From Azolla caroliniana (taxonomy: Eukaryota; Plantae; Polypodiophyta), in assembly GCA_043228905.1 (NCBI GenBank), contig JBHGNT010000004.1, positions 7,626,001 through 7,690,000 of the forward strand: a DNA stretch of 64,000 nucleotides, in the 5' to 3' direction. This document shows positions 43,165 to 57,600 of this stretch, one piece after another. The notes below the pieces were generated by a model. It ran no database searches, was not told the origin of the DNA, and saw nothing but the letters and a program-made list of their open reading frames with translations. The translations under genes and the position numbers were made by a program. The stretch's first letter is position 1. Every line of letters starts with the position of its first letter.

Positions 43165-46100
43165 CTCTACTGACATTTTTCAACCAATTCATTGTCTCTC
43201 AACCATGTTAGCAATGGTAAGATATCAAGCTTCAGCTACTGCAGCATAATTCAAAGCTCAGGATGTTTTACATGATTTTAGTCATCATGTAATCTTTTCT
43301 ACCTGTTCTGTTTCAGAGTGGACGACAACCCTTCAAGAAGCGCTTTCACCTGCTACAATCAATCAAGCAGGTTATTGACATGGTTCTCACATCATTTGGA
43401 GAAGAATCAGTAATACCTACTCTTTGTATGTTTTGCTGTATTATCAATTCTTTTATAGCAAACCAAATGGAGATGTTTTACAAGATACCTGTAAGGATGC
43501 TTGTGGAATCCAGAGGAAATACTTGATATCCATGCATGTACCAATATTATACTTCTGATTTCCGTTGCATCTTTAAGGATGCTTTTCGGATATACCAAGG
43601 GTATTTCCTGCATCATATTTGTAGTGATGGATCAACCAATATTTGATGATTCAGAGATACAAGTCTATACATGGCAACATACAAATGTAATTAACAGTAT
43701 TGTATGTTACACCCAATAGTTCACTATTGAAAGATACAAGTGTACATACAAACAACATAGACACATTGATGCGTTTATGCATATATGTATATTAATCGTT
43801 ATATAATTGTGTATGTGAGACTCATTTTTTTGAGATTTCCAGGGTTTTAGTATAAATCTTTATAGTATTTGCATACATATGTTGACTTAAAGAAGCATTT
43901 GGTATGCTAATGTAAAGCAAAGCATTAGGGCCTTCACTATTTGATACCTTATTCAGGAGAATTATGTGACATTGCAATATTTGAAAATGTTTGAGGTGCC
44001 TCATTTTGAACTTTTCGATGTTTGGTAACAATAAACTCTGTAGTAGGAATGTTTGGAGTGCCTTTTTGAAAATTTTCAATATATTGTTACAATAAACTAG
44101 TAGATGCTATGATTATCATCCTTGATAGGTTCTTTGCAAAATTTAAATGTGGTCGTTGCAATTAAAATGTAGATTGTATTTGTTGTGTGTGAGTTGTTTT
44201 TGGCTTACATGACAATAGTTGCATGTATGTATTTGGCAAGTAGTGCAATGAGGATTTTTGTTATGTATGGTTTATTCTCATGCGAAAATGAATATGATTG
44301 GCACATGGCATCCTTGATTATTTCTTTATAGAGGTTGAACATTCCCACAATCTAATTGCAAATTGATGTGTTTGTGGAGTGTTTGTGTGCATTGAGTTCG
44401 TTTGGCACAAACAAGAACAAATGCATATATGGTATCCTATATGTAATCTTATATGAAAGGTGATTGCATTAGTAAGCTTATTGTATTATGCGTTGCAGAA
44501 AGGAAAAGATCCTATGCAGGCATTGTCATATTGGCTTGCTAAGCTCGTTTGTGGCTCAAATATGGTAAAATGCATTACAATGATGAAACACCCCTAGAAT
44601 AAGGAATATGGATGATTTCTAATACGTGTTAGATGAAAAATATGCATGGATGTGTTGTGAACATGCGATGCATGAGCTTTGTAAGATATGTGATCATTTG
44701 CATGAGACTAGTTGAAAATTATATTGGTGGCAAACTTCAAACAATAATTGACCTTTGAAAGAAAGTAGTGACATATAATTCCCTTTCTCTTTGGAATGGT
44801 TGTAGGTATCAATGAATGCCTATGACTCTCGATCTCTAGTAATAAATATTGATAAAATGAGGAATGGGCTCTTTGATGAATTGGCTCTTTAATCTACCTA
44901 GGTGTTTGCATATACCTTGCATCTATTAACAATACAAAGGAGTGTCCAATAACCTTCATTTAACAACTTTAACATGTGTTCCAAATGTATAAAAATATCC
45001 CTATTGTGGCATGATGTAATGAGCAACAATCCTTAAAGTAGCTTCTATATGCATCTCTCATCTTGGTTCCCCACAAAACTCCTCCACGGGATTGGATGCG
45101 ATGCTTGCACTAGCCTACCATCATCTATAAATTCAAGATTCCTTGCCATTCACCTGACTGCAAATCGAAACTATTTACCAAGACATGCACTCACCTAATT
45201 GAACAATAATTGCGTTTAGAGATGGTTGATATGACGACAATTATGTTTTTAAGATAAGAGACATGATCCATGAAATAAAACATGCCTTGCAAACATTCTC
45301 CCTACTTGACATACTCTTGCCTAACTCAAAAATTGTAGCACAAATAGAATTGACATATGATGATTTAACGTCATACTAGGTAGAAACAATCCATGGGATT
45401 GAAAATGACTTAACAAAACATTCTACAAATGATTGAAAATGGGTATGTGGTTGAACACCTAGAAATCTAGAACTCTTGGCTGAAAAAAATGTAGCAATCA
45501 GAAAGGTAAGAGGTGAAAACATGCACATCGACAAAATGTGCAAGGTGTCTTAGAACAGAAAATAAGGATAAATGTTATGGATTGCATAGTATGGCGTGTT
45601 AAAGGATCATATATAGAAAGCATACAACTACAAATATGAGCGGGCATTGAGAGTTCTCTTGAGTATGTTCTATATGGGGTGGGTGTGGTTCGTATGTGTT
45701 CAAGTAGACATGTCAAAGAATCCTCCATTTATTGATTATGAGGATTTCGGATTCCTATGACCCCTTCCTTACATGTGGAGACATGTTATGTATCCATGTT
45801 TTGACATGGAAAAAATGGACAATGAATAAACATGAAAATCTCCATGGCTTTTAAGTGTTTTTCTAATGTTATTATCAATATTCAAGGAACCGCAATTCAA
45901 GTCTTAAGGAGTCCAATGTCATAAAGTTGATCCTCCCTTGATAAAAAGTGCACAATATGACAAAGTCAAAATTAGGATTACATTGGCATGGAAAGAACAC
46001 TTACACAATGCCTACTTTCTTGCTTGGGAAACGGCTCCACTATATGTATATTGATATAATTAAAGCTATGACCCTCGTTAACTTCAATGCAAATAACCTC

Positions 46101-46259
46101 CTGGCAAGCTCTAAAAATTTAGAGGACATCCAACACGAACAATTATAATTTGGCTCTAACCTCGTAATCGGGGTTCATAAAAACCAATATATGGATAGGC
46201 TAAAAACTCGTGGAGTACAAGAACATCCAAGTATGTTCAAGTTGCCTATCCCAAATCTC

Positions 46260-46635
46260 ATGGAAACCCGAATCTATATACATATACACAGAAACATGAA
46301 TCTCGAAATAGAGGCATATAATAAGTACACGGGAACCCGAACCTTGTGACCGAACTCACGGAGGGAGCCCAAGTTCTGATGACGGATGGAATCTTCCACG
46401 GAACCCGAATCTCTCGAATGAGATCCGAGTCGACCGAGACGGGGGGACAGCCATGCCCATGAAACCCGAATCTCGTGACCAAACTCACGGACGGAACGCA
46501 GGGTCTAATGATGGATGGAATGGTTCCATAGGATCCCGAATCTCTTGATTGAGATCTGAGTCGAGCGAGATGGGAAGACCATGTCCAAGAAACCCGGAAT
46601 CTCGTGGCCGAACTCACGGGCGGACGGAGCCCAGG
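46260..46635. repeat. Degenerate tandem array (~128-bp unit, ~2.5 copies) with recurring AACCCGAATCTC
   Basis: GAACCCGAAxCTxGTGACCxAACTCACGG occurs at ~46333, ~46462 and ~46590, with additional AACCCGAATCT half-units. Confidence 0.75.
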
Positions 46636-47201
46636 CTCGCGCTAATGCCGGGCCGAAATTTACTTCACACGAGAGAGAGCGCATCCGAATGAGACCATCT
46701 CCATGAGATTTCTTTAACATGTTTTGTGGAGGTTGATTGATACTCTTCTCTCTCAATCTCTCTCACCAATTTACTTATTATTGTTATTATTATTATTTGG
46801 TCTAAGACGAGAAAGGAAGACGTGGAGCCATTCTCATAGGTTTGTAAATCCAAAAAGGAGAAAAAAACAGACTGGTTGTCTCGTCGTCGTAGTAGTAGTA
46901 GGGTCCTACTGAAGCGTAGAGGATGAACCTGGACCTGCTCCTCGTCCAGATTCATTCCCATTATACATATACTCCCCCCCCTCCCCCCCCCCCTTTTCTT
47001 CAGCGATTTATCATCATCCATCACCATCTCCTCTCATCAGATTGAAGAAGCAGAAGCAGAAGCAGAAGAAAGAAGCAGACCGAACGGAAGAAGAAGAAGA
47101 AGAAGAAGAAGAAGAAACTGACGGAGAAGCATCTGGAAGCGGACGAAGACAGAAAAGAAAAGAAAGGAAGGTCGTCAGCTCAAGAAAGCAAGCTTCATTC
47201 C

Positions 47202-49380
47202 ATGGCTTCTCCTGAACGAATCATGGGGAAAGTAGTAGAGATGAATAACAATACCATGCCATTCCATGTCTTGCACAAGGTTCCTACGGGAGATAGTCTG
47301 TACGTACGGGCCAAGCATGTACAGGTATTTACTATGAATTTGCTGTGACTGAATCCTTAGTGAATGTCTTTATCTGTGTGTTCCTTTTCTTTACTGTTAG
47401 CCATGAATTCCTGTGTCCTTCTCTTCTTTTCCAATTTTTTCCGATCAACATGAGAGGATGTCGGAAGCATGATTATCCATTGCTGACTCCTTGAACGTCA
47501 TTTTTATATTTGTGAAATTTTCTTGTTGTCTTTTGTATAATGTTTTCCTGCGTCTTCAACAATCGGTTCTGGTCATATTGCGAAGAAATGGGCGTGTTAT
47601 AACAAGCTCTTATCTACTTCTTTCTGTGGCTATCTCTTTCCGCTTCTCCTATTTTATGGTGTCTGTACTTCTCTCTCTATGAATTGATGCGTGTGTGTTT
47701 CTTGTATTTCTTTGGTGTTTGTGGAAATCTTCTTCTCCATTGGTTTATTTAATTAAAGGGAAGAGCGAGATAAAACATGTGTATCTTGTTTTTCGCGCTA
47801 ATCTAATTGTAACTGATCTGCACAATCTCTGTATTTTTTTTCTTGGAGTTACAGATTGTAGATAGAGATCCAGAGAAGGCAATTGCACTCTTCTATGCTG
47901 CCATCGATGCTGGAGATCGTGTAGATAGCGCTCTCAAAGACATGGCCATCGTTTTGAAACAGCAGAATCGCTGTGAAGAAGCTATTCTTGCTATTTCTTG
48001 CTATCGCTCTCGTTGCTCCCAGCAATCTCAAGGCTCTCTTGATAACGTGCTTCTCGACCTGTATAAGGTATACATTTTTGTTCATCACATTAATAATTCA
48101 TGGTCTAATCTCCGAGCAATATTCGATATGATTGTATGATTTATTCTACTACTGATTTTGATTCATCATATTTTCTTAGTCTTTGAATGATCCGAAAACT
48201 CTGTATTTTGCATTGCCTATTTCTTTCAGAGTTGTGGTCGTTTAGAAGACCAGATCGCGCTCCTTATTCAAAAGCTCCAGCTCTTCCAGAACGGACAAGC
48301 TTTTAATGGAAAACGCACCAAAACTGCACGGTCTCAAGGAAGGAAATTCCAGGTTTCCGTGGAACAGGAAGCTTCGAGGCTTCTGGTAAAAATTTCTCAT
48401 TTTTGTTTCACTTTCTTTATTCCTTACATTGAAATTCTTTTCGATTCCTTCTTTTTTTGGTCTGCCTTCTCTTTCTTTATATATATATATATATATAACT
48501 ATATCCTGCGTAGCTCATCCATTTTCTACGCTTATCCGGAATGTCTTCTGCAGGGTAACCTTGGTTGGGCATACATGCAGCAAGGCAATTACACTTCTGC
48601 TGAATTCGTCTACAGGTAATCGATTAATTTTTTTGTCTCCTTTCAATGATCATTTTCCTTCTCCATTGCTTTTCTTTAGCTTCTTTGTTTTTCCTCAGAA
48701 AAGCCATGGCCTTGGAAGTTGACAACAACAAAATCTGCAATTTAGGAGTTTGTTTGATGAAACAAGGTCGGTTTGAAGAGGCCATTGCCGTTCTGAAAGG
48801 TGTTTCCTACACAAACAAACGTAGGGGGAGCTCTGAATCCCACTTGAAGTCATACCAAAGAGCTCAAGAGCTGATCATGGAGGCATACAATAATTCCGTA
48901 ATGAAGCCAATCAAACATAGCCTTTCTGATTCTTCCAATGATTCTAACAATTTCATGAATCGAACCACTATAACAGATGAAATGGAAGTTTCTACTGGGA
49001 CGTGCAATCATAAAGAAGCCACTAGTAATGTGGAAGAAGGGAAAGCTTCTGCAGTAAAATATAACCATAATATAAGCAGTATGGTTGCAGCGGCCTGGAT
49101 GTTTGCTTGCAGTAATAGCTCCCAAAGAGTAGTTAATGATGAGGAATATAGGGATTATAATATTATTGATGATGGTTCAGATCAGTACGCAAATGGAGAA
49201 GAAGAAATTAGATCAGATCAATGTTACCATGAATCCAACACCGGCTATGAAGAGTGTATGAGTGGTGATGCTTCATTCCCTATCTCTTACTTCAAGTCTC
49301 AAGTACTGCAGGAGCCCAGTCTAGTATTAAGAAGACTTCCTGTTTTTCAAGACCTCACTATTCCTGGAAGTGCAGCGTAG
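47202..49380 (+). CDS. TPR protein of the SULFUR DEFICIENCY-INDUCED 1 / MS5 (POLLENLESS3, TDM1) family; 5 exons, 411 aa
   Basis: Exons 47202-47324, 47855-48067, 48230-48385, 48554-48615, 48699-49380; GT-AG introns, 1236 nt in frame. Motifs FHVLHKVPTGDSLYVRAKHVQ, AGDRVDSALKDMA, SLDNVLLDLYK, AFNGKRTKTARSQGRKFQVS, LLGNLGWAYMQ, DNNKICNLG and C-terminal RRLPVFQDL. An upstream in-frame stop at 47043 fixes the start. Confidence 0.95.
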
Positions 49381-49617
49381 TTGGCGTGTCATATTTCTCC
49401 CACTTTCCATGTCCAGATGAATAATGGAATGGCCTTCGCTCTCTCTCTCTCTCTCTCTCTCTCTTTCCTTGTCCATATGCTCTTTTGCTTACACTATCGT
49501 GTAAGACCTAAGACCTAAACCTAAACCTAAACCTAGTCATTGTTATTACTGTGATTGGAATTTGGATATTCAGGTCTTTTGCATGAGTTGAATGTATATT
49601 CAGATAGGTACAGGTGA

Positions 49618-49618
<1 letters not shown>

Positions 49619-49658
<40 letters not shown>
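49619..49658. repeat. (CT)n microsatellite
   Basis: Read directly; a second (CT)n lies at ~49439-49464 and a (GAA)n at ~47087-47116. Confidence 0.9.
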
Positions 49659-49662
<4 letters not shown>

Positions 49663-50908
49663 GCATTATATTTACCTAATCATGTACTAATACATTCACA
49701 TTACTTCCCTAAGAATTGTGAGCCATGTCAACTTGTTGCTATAAGCATAAGCTTGGGTGAGAGACAGTTGGTGTCATTAAACAGTGTGCCATGTAGAGTG
49801 TAGTGTTTGGTGAATGGTATGTACAATGAACCATACGTACAATATGTGCATTCTCATTGGAGTATGTTTCGATCATTCCAGTAATGGTAAACACCCTCGA
49901 GAAGTTTGGTAAATACCATACTTTTGGATTCATTATTTACTATAAGGTAAAACATTTTTTTAAGGTAAAAAAGTGAGAACGGAAAATTAAAAATGTTAAA
50001 AAAAAATATAAGTATTTTTTCATAACATACACATTTGTTTGCAAAACATATGAAAAGGATTGTTTCGAGTAGAAGAATGCAAATATTATGTTCTATGCTG
50101 ACTCAACTTTGGTGAACCATACAAGGAAAACACAAAAAGATTACTGAGGGCGTGGTTGTAATCTATATGAGAAACAAATTGTGGCAACATTTGTGGATCT
50201 TTAGGTATGGAAACATGGAATCTTCTGCCTTTGAAAGTTTGGTTAGAAAAGTGAAGGGAAATCTCATGCCACTTGTAATGACAACCATGAATCCAAATAT
50301 TTTGCATTGTTGCGAGTGCTTTACAGTTCTAACAACGAAGCTTTGTGAGCAGTGATTGCAAGTGTGTTGAGCACATAGGATAAAGGTGAGAAGTGGTGAT
50401 ATAATTATTGGTTGCTCTTGATAATTTGTTAGTCCTTTTCCATTGTACCTTGTTGTAACTCACATTGAATTTTGGCAATGTGCAAAATACACTTGACATT
50501 GCTCTAGAAAAGTGCTTTAATGTTTGATTGTTGGCATAAATTGTGTGATTGAAGAGGATGGCCTCGACACTAAGATTAGCTTGATTGAAAGATAACATTT
50601 GAATGAAGAGGCTAAACTCATTTCAATGAGCTTGATTTAACATACCGTGTTAGTGTATGCGATGGAGAGGGCTAGAATCATGGTAATTCCACAAGTATGT
50701 ATTAATTTGACAAGCAAGTGGTACATTGTTTGCTTCTGACAACTCAACCTTTATGATTTAGGGTTTAGAGTTTAGGCTTTTTTGTTAGATTGGTGAGCTT
50801 TTAAAAGTTTGTTTTATTTTCCCTGGATTGTGAATGCTTTGTGTGTGCCTTGTCAATGATCTTACTATCCACGACCTTGCATTGGCACATTCCTTGCCCA
50901 TCCAAGAC

Positions 50909-53900
50909 TGTTGAGAATCAAGCTCAACCTAATCTAGTGTGTGAACACACCCTTGAGCGTGTGCACTCAAAGGTCAAAAGTCACCACTCCTATTTACACA
51001 TTAACTATGTGTCATAGAATCATATTCTACGACACATAACTAATGAGTTTTCACATTCCCCATGACCCATGAGTTTCGGTAGTTAATGAAGAGTGAGAGT
51101 GACTGTATAAAGCACTCTCCTCCTACTTTGTAATTAAGTCGATTAATCTCCTTTGTAATATACATCTTCTTGAGTATTCTATTGTCTCTCTAATCTATCT
51201 TGTGTTTCTCTCTCACTCTCTCACTCTCTCATACACACTCACAACACATATCTCTAGTCTATTCCGCTGCACAAGAATTACCATCGATTCTTTACATGGT
51301 ATCAGAGCGGTTTGGTAGCTCGATCTAGCCTATCCACGTGTGTTGTGCTTCACGCTGACATTCAAGAAGAACCGGCTCATCGCTATCGTAGTGCAGCTAC
51401 ATAGCTCGTATTCAAGAGAGAAGAAAAAGAAGAAAATCTACATCGAACACCATGAATACTCAAATGGGGAGCGCTCTCCCTAGCGAGAAGTTGGATCGAA
51501 ACAATTTCGCATCTTGGGAGTACAAGATGCACCAATACCTTGTCGGCCAAGGCTATTGGGGTTACATCAAGGGAGCACAAGAAAATCGATTCGACCTGGA
51601 AGACGCCGACTACTCAACATGGGAGCAAACGGTGAGTCGAGAAATGTATTGCTTGGCGACATGTGTTCATGATGACATGCTCGGCTACATTCGAGAAGCC
51701 ACGACGCCAAAGGAAGCATGGGAGAATCTACGAAAGATTTTCGCTGCCAACACGACAGCAAGGAAGCTCCAACTACGCCAAGAGTTGAACAACATCCAAC
51801 AATGGGATATGTTCATCACAAGCTACACCTTGAGGATCAAGGAGCTTTGTGACTCGCTCGGCTCAATAAGCGTCAATGTGGATGAGGATGAGATGGTGCA
51901 AATATGCCTCGACGACCTTGCACCAAGGTTCGGTGCAATGAGAACCGCCACCCTAGCAAGGCAGAATCCTCCCTCTTTCTTCAATCTTCAATACATGTTG
52001 TTGGTTGAAGAAAACCATGTTCGAACAAAGAGCAACACTTCGGAAGTTCACATGCTCTACACACATTCGAATGGAGGAAGAGGACGCGGCCAAGGAAGAG
52101 GGCGATTCGGCTAAGGACGAGGCGGACGAGGTCCGACTTACGACAACAACTCCCAATTTCGGGAACAAAACGGAAGCCATCGAGGAACCTTCGGAAGAAG
52201 GGGGAGCTTCCATTCCGTTCCGAGCCAAAAAATCTCGATCGAATGCAGTTATTGTGGAAAAATCGGCCACCATGAAGAAGAGTGCCGAAAGAAGAAGCGT
52301 GAGTCGACTTCCACAAGCTGACAACTCACAAATTATGTCACTAACTCCGATTATGAAGACCTTGGCGGAATGTTCGTGATGAGACATAGAGAAAATTCTA
52401 TGTCGGCTTCTACTTCGAATAACACATCTAGTCTGGAAGACATATGGTTCGTCGACTCCGGTGCCGCAAACCATATGACGTCTCATCAAGAATGGTTTTG
52501 AGAACTTTTAGAGCTGGACCGACCCAGCTATGTCGAAACTGGAGACGACACTACACATTTGATTCGACACATCGACAATGTCCCATTCGGGAAAGAAGGT
52601 GAACAAACTTGCATAAAAAATGTCTTACATGTACCCACCATAATGAAGAATTTGGTCTCGGTCGGCCAAATTGTGGAGCAAGGGATGCAAGTTCAATTCA
52701 ACCAAGGAGGTTGCTTCATCAAAAAGGAAGGCCGACTAATTGCTCGTGGTCGAAGGGAAGGCCGAATGTTTATCCTCAAAGCGAACGAGGTAAAATCAGC
52801 CATGTTTGCAAAGGACCTCCAAATCAACACCGACATAGAGCTATGGCATAAAAGAATCGGCCATATCAATCACAACAAACTCAAGGCGATGCAATCGAAA
52901 GGAGTCGTCATCGGGCTCCCGACCTTCGAAGAGAAAGAGATTGAAGGAGTATGTGAAGCATGCCAATTCGGCAAGCAACAACATCGGCACCCGTTCCCAA
53001 AGGAGAGGAACATGAGCAAAGGCCTATTGGACGTAGTCCACTCAGATGTGTGGGGACCGGCACAGATGGCCAAATTCGGAGGATGTCGGTACTATGTTAC
53101 CTTCATCGACGACTTCTCTAGATACACATGGATCTTTCCCATGAGGATGAAAGGCGAAGTGTTTACACACTTCCAAAAATTCAAAAGCGAAGTCGAAAAG
53201 ACAAATGGCCGCCATGTACGATGTCTTCGGTCAGATGGAGGAAAGGAATACTTCTCCGATGCGTTCACGGCATACCTTCGATAAGAAGGAATTCAGCGAG
53301 AATTCATTTGCCGACACACACCGCAACAGAACGGTGTAGCCGAACGCACGAATCGGCACATCCTTGAAGTAGCAAGGGCCATGCTAAATGAGAAGCATAG
53401 GCCCAAGTCATATTGGGCAGAAGCTACAAATACCGCCGTCTACCTCATGAACTGGTGCACAACATCCGGAGTGCACGAGGTCACCCCGCACGATAATTAC
53501 TATGGGAAGAAGCCAGATCTATCCCATGTAAGGATATTCGGCTCCATTGCATACGTACACATTCCCGATGAGAAGCGATAGAAGCTTGACCCAAAATCAG
53601 AGAATTGTATCCTCGTGGGGTACTCACTAGAGCAAAAGGGGCACAAGTGCTTAAACCCCTCTACTCGGAAGACTCGTGTAAGTCAGGATGTCGTCTTTGA
53701 CGAATCGACACCCGAGCCGACTCCTCCCAAACCATCTACGAAGACCTCAACAACAGCGAGGACGATGATCAACAAAGGTCAATGCTCGAAGAGAGTTCGA
53801 TCTTAACCAGATTGAGTGGACCACAAGAGCCTCCGAGCAACCAAAGCACATCTCGGCCAAGTCCAAAGATAGACAAAGGGAAGGCCAAAATGCCGGAATA

Positions 53901-54666
53901 TGAAGATGATCACTTTGACGACAACGAATCGACTCATCCACTCGATAGTGAGTTCGATGCCTTTGATGTGTCTCTTACGAGGTTACTCGGAGTTGAGAAA
54001 CTCCATCACTCCACCCGAGAGAAGAATCCGGTTAGCCAATTTAGCTACAACAACTATATGGCATACCACTATGCCTTTATGATGAAGGTGGCAGTAGTTC
54101 GAGAACCGGAGAACTTTGCCGAAGCTGCTAAAGATCCGCGATGGTTTGAAGTGATGAACGAGGAGATGCAAGCTCTCAACAAGAATGAGACATGGGATCT
54201 CGTCCCTCACTCACCGCACAACTAGGCAATTAGTTGTAGATGGATATACAAAGTGAAGTATAATGCCGACGGTTCCGTCAACCACTACAAAGCTCGACTG
54301 GTAGCAAAGGGCTACGCACAAACACAAGGCATCAACTATGAAGAGACCTTTGCCCCGGTGGCAAAGATGACAACCGTGTGAACCGTGATAGTGCTTGCAT
54401 CAACGAAAGGGTGGCACCTCCACCAGATGGATGTCAAGAACGCTTTTCTTCAAGGCAAATTAGAAGAGGTGTACATGATACAACCACTCGGCTTCGAATC
54501 CAACATTCATCCGAAAGCCATATGCCGACTCAAGAAGCCCCTCTACGGCCTTAAGCAAGCACCACGTGCTTGACACTCGAAGATAACACAATATCTTCAT
54601 CAAATTGGTTTTCGAATGTCAAAATCTGACAATTCTCTGTATGTAAGAAGCAACTCCGAAAGTCTG
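50909..54666 (+). mobile_element. Degenerate Ty1/copia (family A): 5' LTR 50909-51296, PBS 51297-51308, gag-PR-INT-partial RT
   Basis: TG...CA LTR, TGGTATCAGAGC, gag ORF 51452..52114, integrase [21 protein letters not shown]. Interrupted at 54666 by a family-C LTR. Confidence 0.92.
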
Positions 54667-57600
54667 TGTTGGGGACAAGGTCGTCAGTGTAGAAGACCAA
54701 ACAACATCTGTGATGTTGAAGGACCTGTGTATGAGAATGAACAAGATACACACACACACACACACACAGGCACAAAGAAATGTTTTATTTCTTAATAGCA
54801 ACAGTTACAAATGACAACCAACCTCCACTAAAGGTTACAAAGTCACTTTATATAGTGACTGTCCTAGGGCAACTGCCCTTTATGCTATTTACAGAAATAG
54901 CCCAAACTTGGGTTGTCCAAAGGGACAGTGTGAATACGGCCATTATACACTCGTATTCGACACTCCCCCGTAATGGGTGTATACATGGGTTATCTGAAAT
55001 TACAGGTATATACAAGGTTTATCAGACAGATCGATTTTGTTCAAGACCGAACCGGTCGAGTCGAAAGAGTTGAAGCCGATCCTTAAAGAACCGATGTCGG
55101 TTGTCCGTAACCATCCTGTGCTGTGTGTCTGACTTTAACCGGACCGATTTTTCGTTACGCCCATCTGGTGCCAAAGGGACCGGAAGCGATCCGCCAAAAG
55201 ACACTTGGTCATTCCATCTACGACATTATCGGTTGTGGATATCTTCTCAAGACCGATTTTCCCTGAAATGACGCAGTCCCGAACAAAGTGATATCAAAGC
55301 AACAACACCCTAACTGTCGTTGTAGACAACTAGAGCTGAGTTGAAGTCGACTTGTCGAAACGTGTGCGCCAGCCGACCGAGCCATAAAGCTTCTTTTGCC
55401 ACGTCGGACACAGCTACATATTCCGCTTCGGTTGTTGAGGTGGTTGTGCACTCCTGAAGTTTCGACTTCCACGAGATTGCTCCATTGCCGAATTTGAAAC
55501 AATATCCGGTTGTTGATTTCCGACTGTCCACGCAGTCGGCGAAGTCCGAGTCAGTGTAACCAACTACGCTGAGGTTGAGTTCGGGCCAAATACAATGTCG
55601 TGGTCTTTTGTGCCAGCTAGATATCTGAACACATGCTTGACTGCGTTCCAGTGCGATCGTCCTGGGTAGTGCATGAATCTGCTGACGACTCCTATGGTGT
55701 GAGAGATATCAAGCCGTGTCGCAACCATCGCGTACATAAGGGAGCTGACTGCCGATGCATATGGTACCGACTTCATATCTTCCCCCTCCGGACCGGATGT
55801 CGGGCAGTCTCACTGAGATAGCCGAAGGTTAATGGGGAGCGGGGTTGAAGCAGACTTGGTCGAGTGCATGTTGAAGCGTTCCAAGACACGTCCGATGTAG
55901 TCGGTTTGAGACAAGAAAAGTTGTCATTTATTGCAATGCCGACTAATCTTCATACCAAGTATGTGTCTTGCCGGACTGAGGTCCTTTTATGGCAAACTTC
56001 AACCACTGTTTCCGAATGAGTTCGGTGAGCTCTCTGGCATGTCGGCCGGAGAGTAGCATGTTGTCCACGTAAATGATGAGGAAGACGGGAGACCCATCTT
56101 GAGTTGTTTTGGTGAAGAGACAGTGGTCCTCATCGCTCTTGGAGAAGCCAGTCGACTGGATGAAGTCGTCGAACTTCTTGTACCACTGTCGAGTTGCCTG
56201 TTTCAGGCCGTATAAACTCTTCCTAAGTCGGTAGACTAGATGCTCCTGGCCGGATGCCACAAATCCTTTCGGCTGCTCCATATAGATTTCCTCCTGTAGG
56301 TCACCGTGGAGGAATGTCGTTTTTACATCTAGCTGAATCAGCTCCAAGTTTTTGGCGGCCACGACACCAAGCATGAAACGAAGGGTTGTCATTTTCATCA
56401 CTGGTGAAAAGATTTCGTCGAAGTTGACGCCATATTCTTGTCGAAATCCCTTCGTAACTAATCTGTCCTTGTACTTTGGGTTGGTCGAGTCGGACGTCTC
56501 TTTTAGTCGATAGACCCATTTACACGGAAGAGCACGTCGATTCTTCGGTAATTCGACCAAGTCCCAAGTCTTGTTTGCGCGAATGGAGTGCATTTCCGAC
56601 TCCATCGCCAGATGCCAGGTGGCTGAGTCAGTAGATGCCGATGCTTCTTCGTAAGACGTCAGTTCACCGGCATCGGTAAAGAAAATTCTGGGAGAGTACC
56701 TTTCCGAAGGTTGCGACAGTCGCTCGAATCTTCGAGGTATGACTGGATTGGTCGCACCGGGTATAGGTGTCGGATGGTCGAAAGCCGAGCCATTCGGCTA
56801 TGCTGAATCTATGGATTCAGGACAGGAGGTGTCGGTTACCCATGAAACCGATCTTGTGTTGTGGGCTAGGCCTTCATGAAGGGTTGGCACTTCGGAAAAT
56901 ATTACCCTTCGGACTTCAATAGGCCTTTCGGCCGTTTTATGCATAGCCGACTCGTTGAACACAACGTCCGAACTTCGGGCGATTTGTCTGTGCTCGGGGT
57001 CCTAGAGTTGGTATCCGATCTCGCCGTCGGATCCATATCCAAGGAAAACGCATTTCCTTGATCTTGGTTCGAGTTTCCGGCAGTCGTCTTTCGGTATGAG
57101 CGCATATGCCTCACAGCCGAAGATCCTCAGCTTGTCATATTTCGGCTTACTGCCAGTCCATGTTTCCTGAGGTATTTTAAGTCCTAGAGGTCTACTTGGC
57201 GACATATTTATTATGTGTACTGCCGTAAGTAGAGCCTCTACCCAGAAGCCATCCGACAGTTCGGAGTGTTGGAGCATGGATACTATGCGTTCTTGAATCG
57301 TCTGATTCATGCGTTCAACGATTCCGTTCGGCTTCGGACTATAGGGTGCCATATATTTACGTTGAATGCCGCGTTCCCGGCAAAATTTGATGAATTCATC
57401 AGACTTGAATTCTCCTCCATTATCGGTTCGGAGACATTTTAGTTTTCGACCATTGCATGCCATTCGGAGAAGATCAAGAACACCCGATCTTTGGTTCTAA
57501 TGGGGTAAGCCCACACCTTCCAAGTCGAGTCGTCAATAAAATTGATGAAGTACGAAGCATTGCCAAGAGACTGATGTGGCATCGGGCCACAGACGTCCAA

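Noticed and set aside
43400-46200. Possible gene between KTN80 and the TPR gene
   Set aside because: Only short motif-less ORFs; no coherent exon chain found.
46665-47027. Divergent gene from the 120-aa minus-strand ORF
   Set aside because: Made of microsatellite and homopolymer translations in the TPR gene's promoter/5' UTR; no domain recognised.
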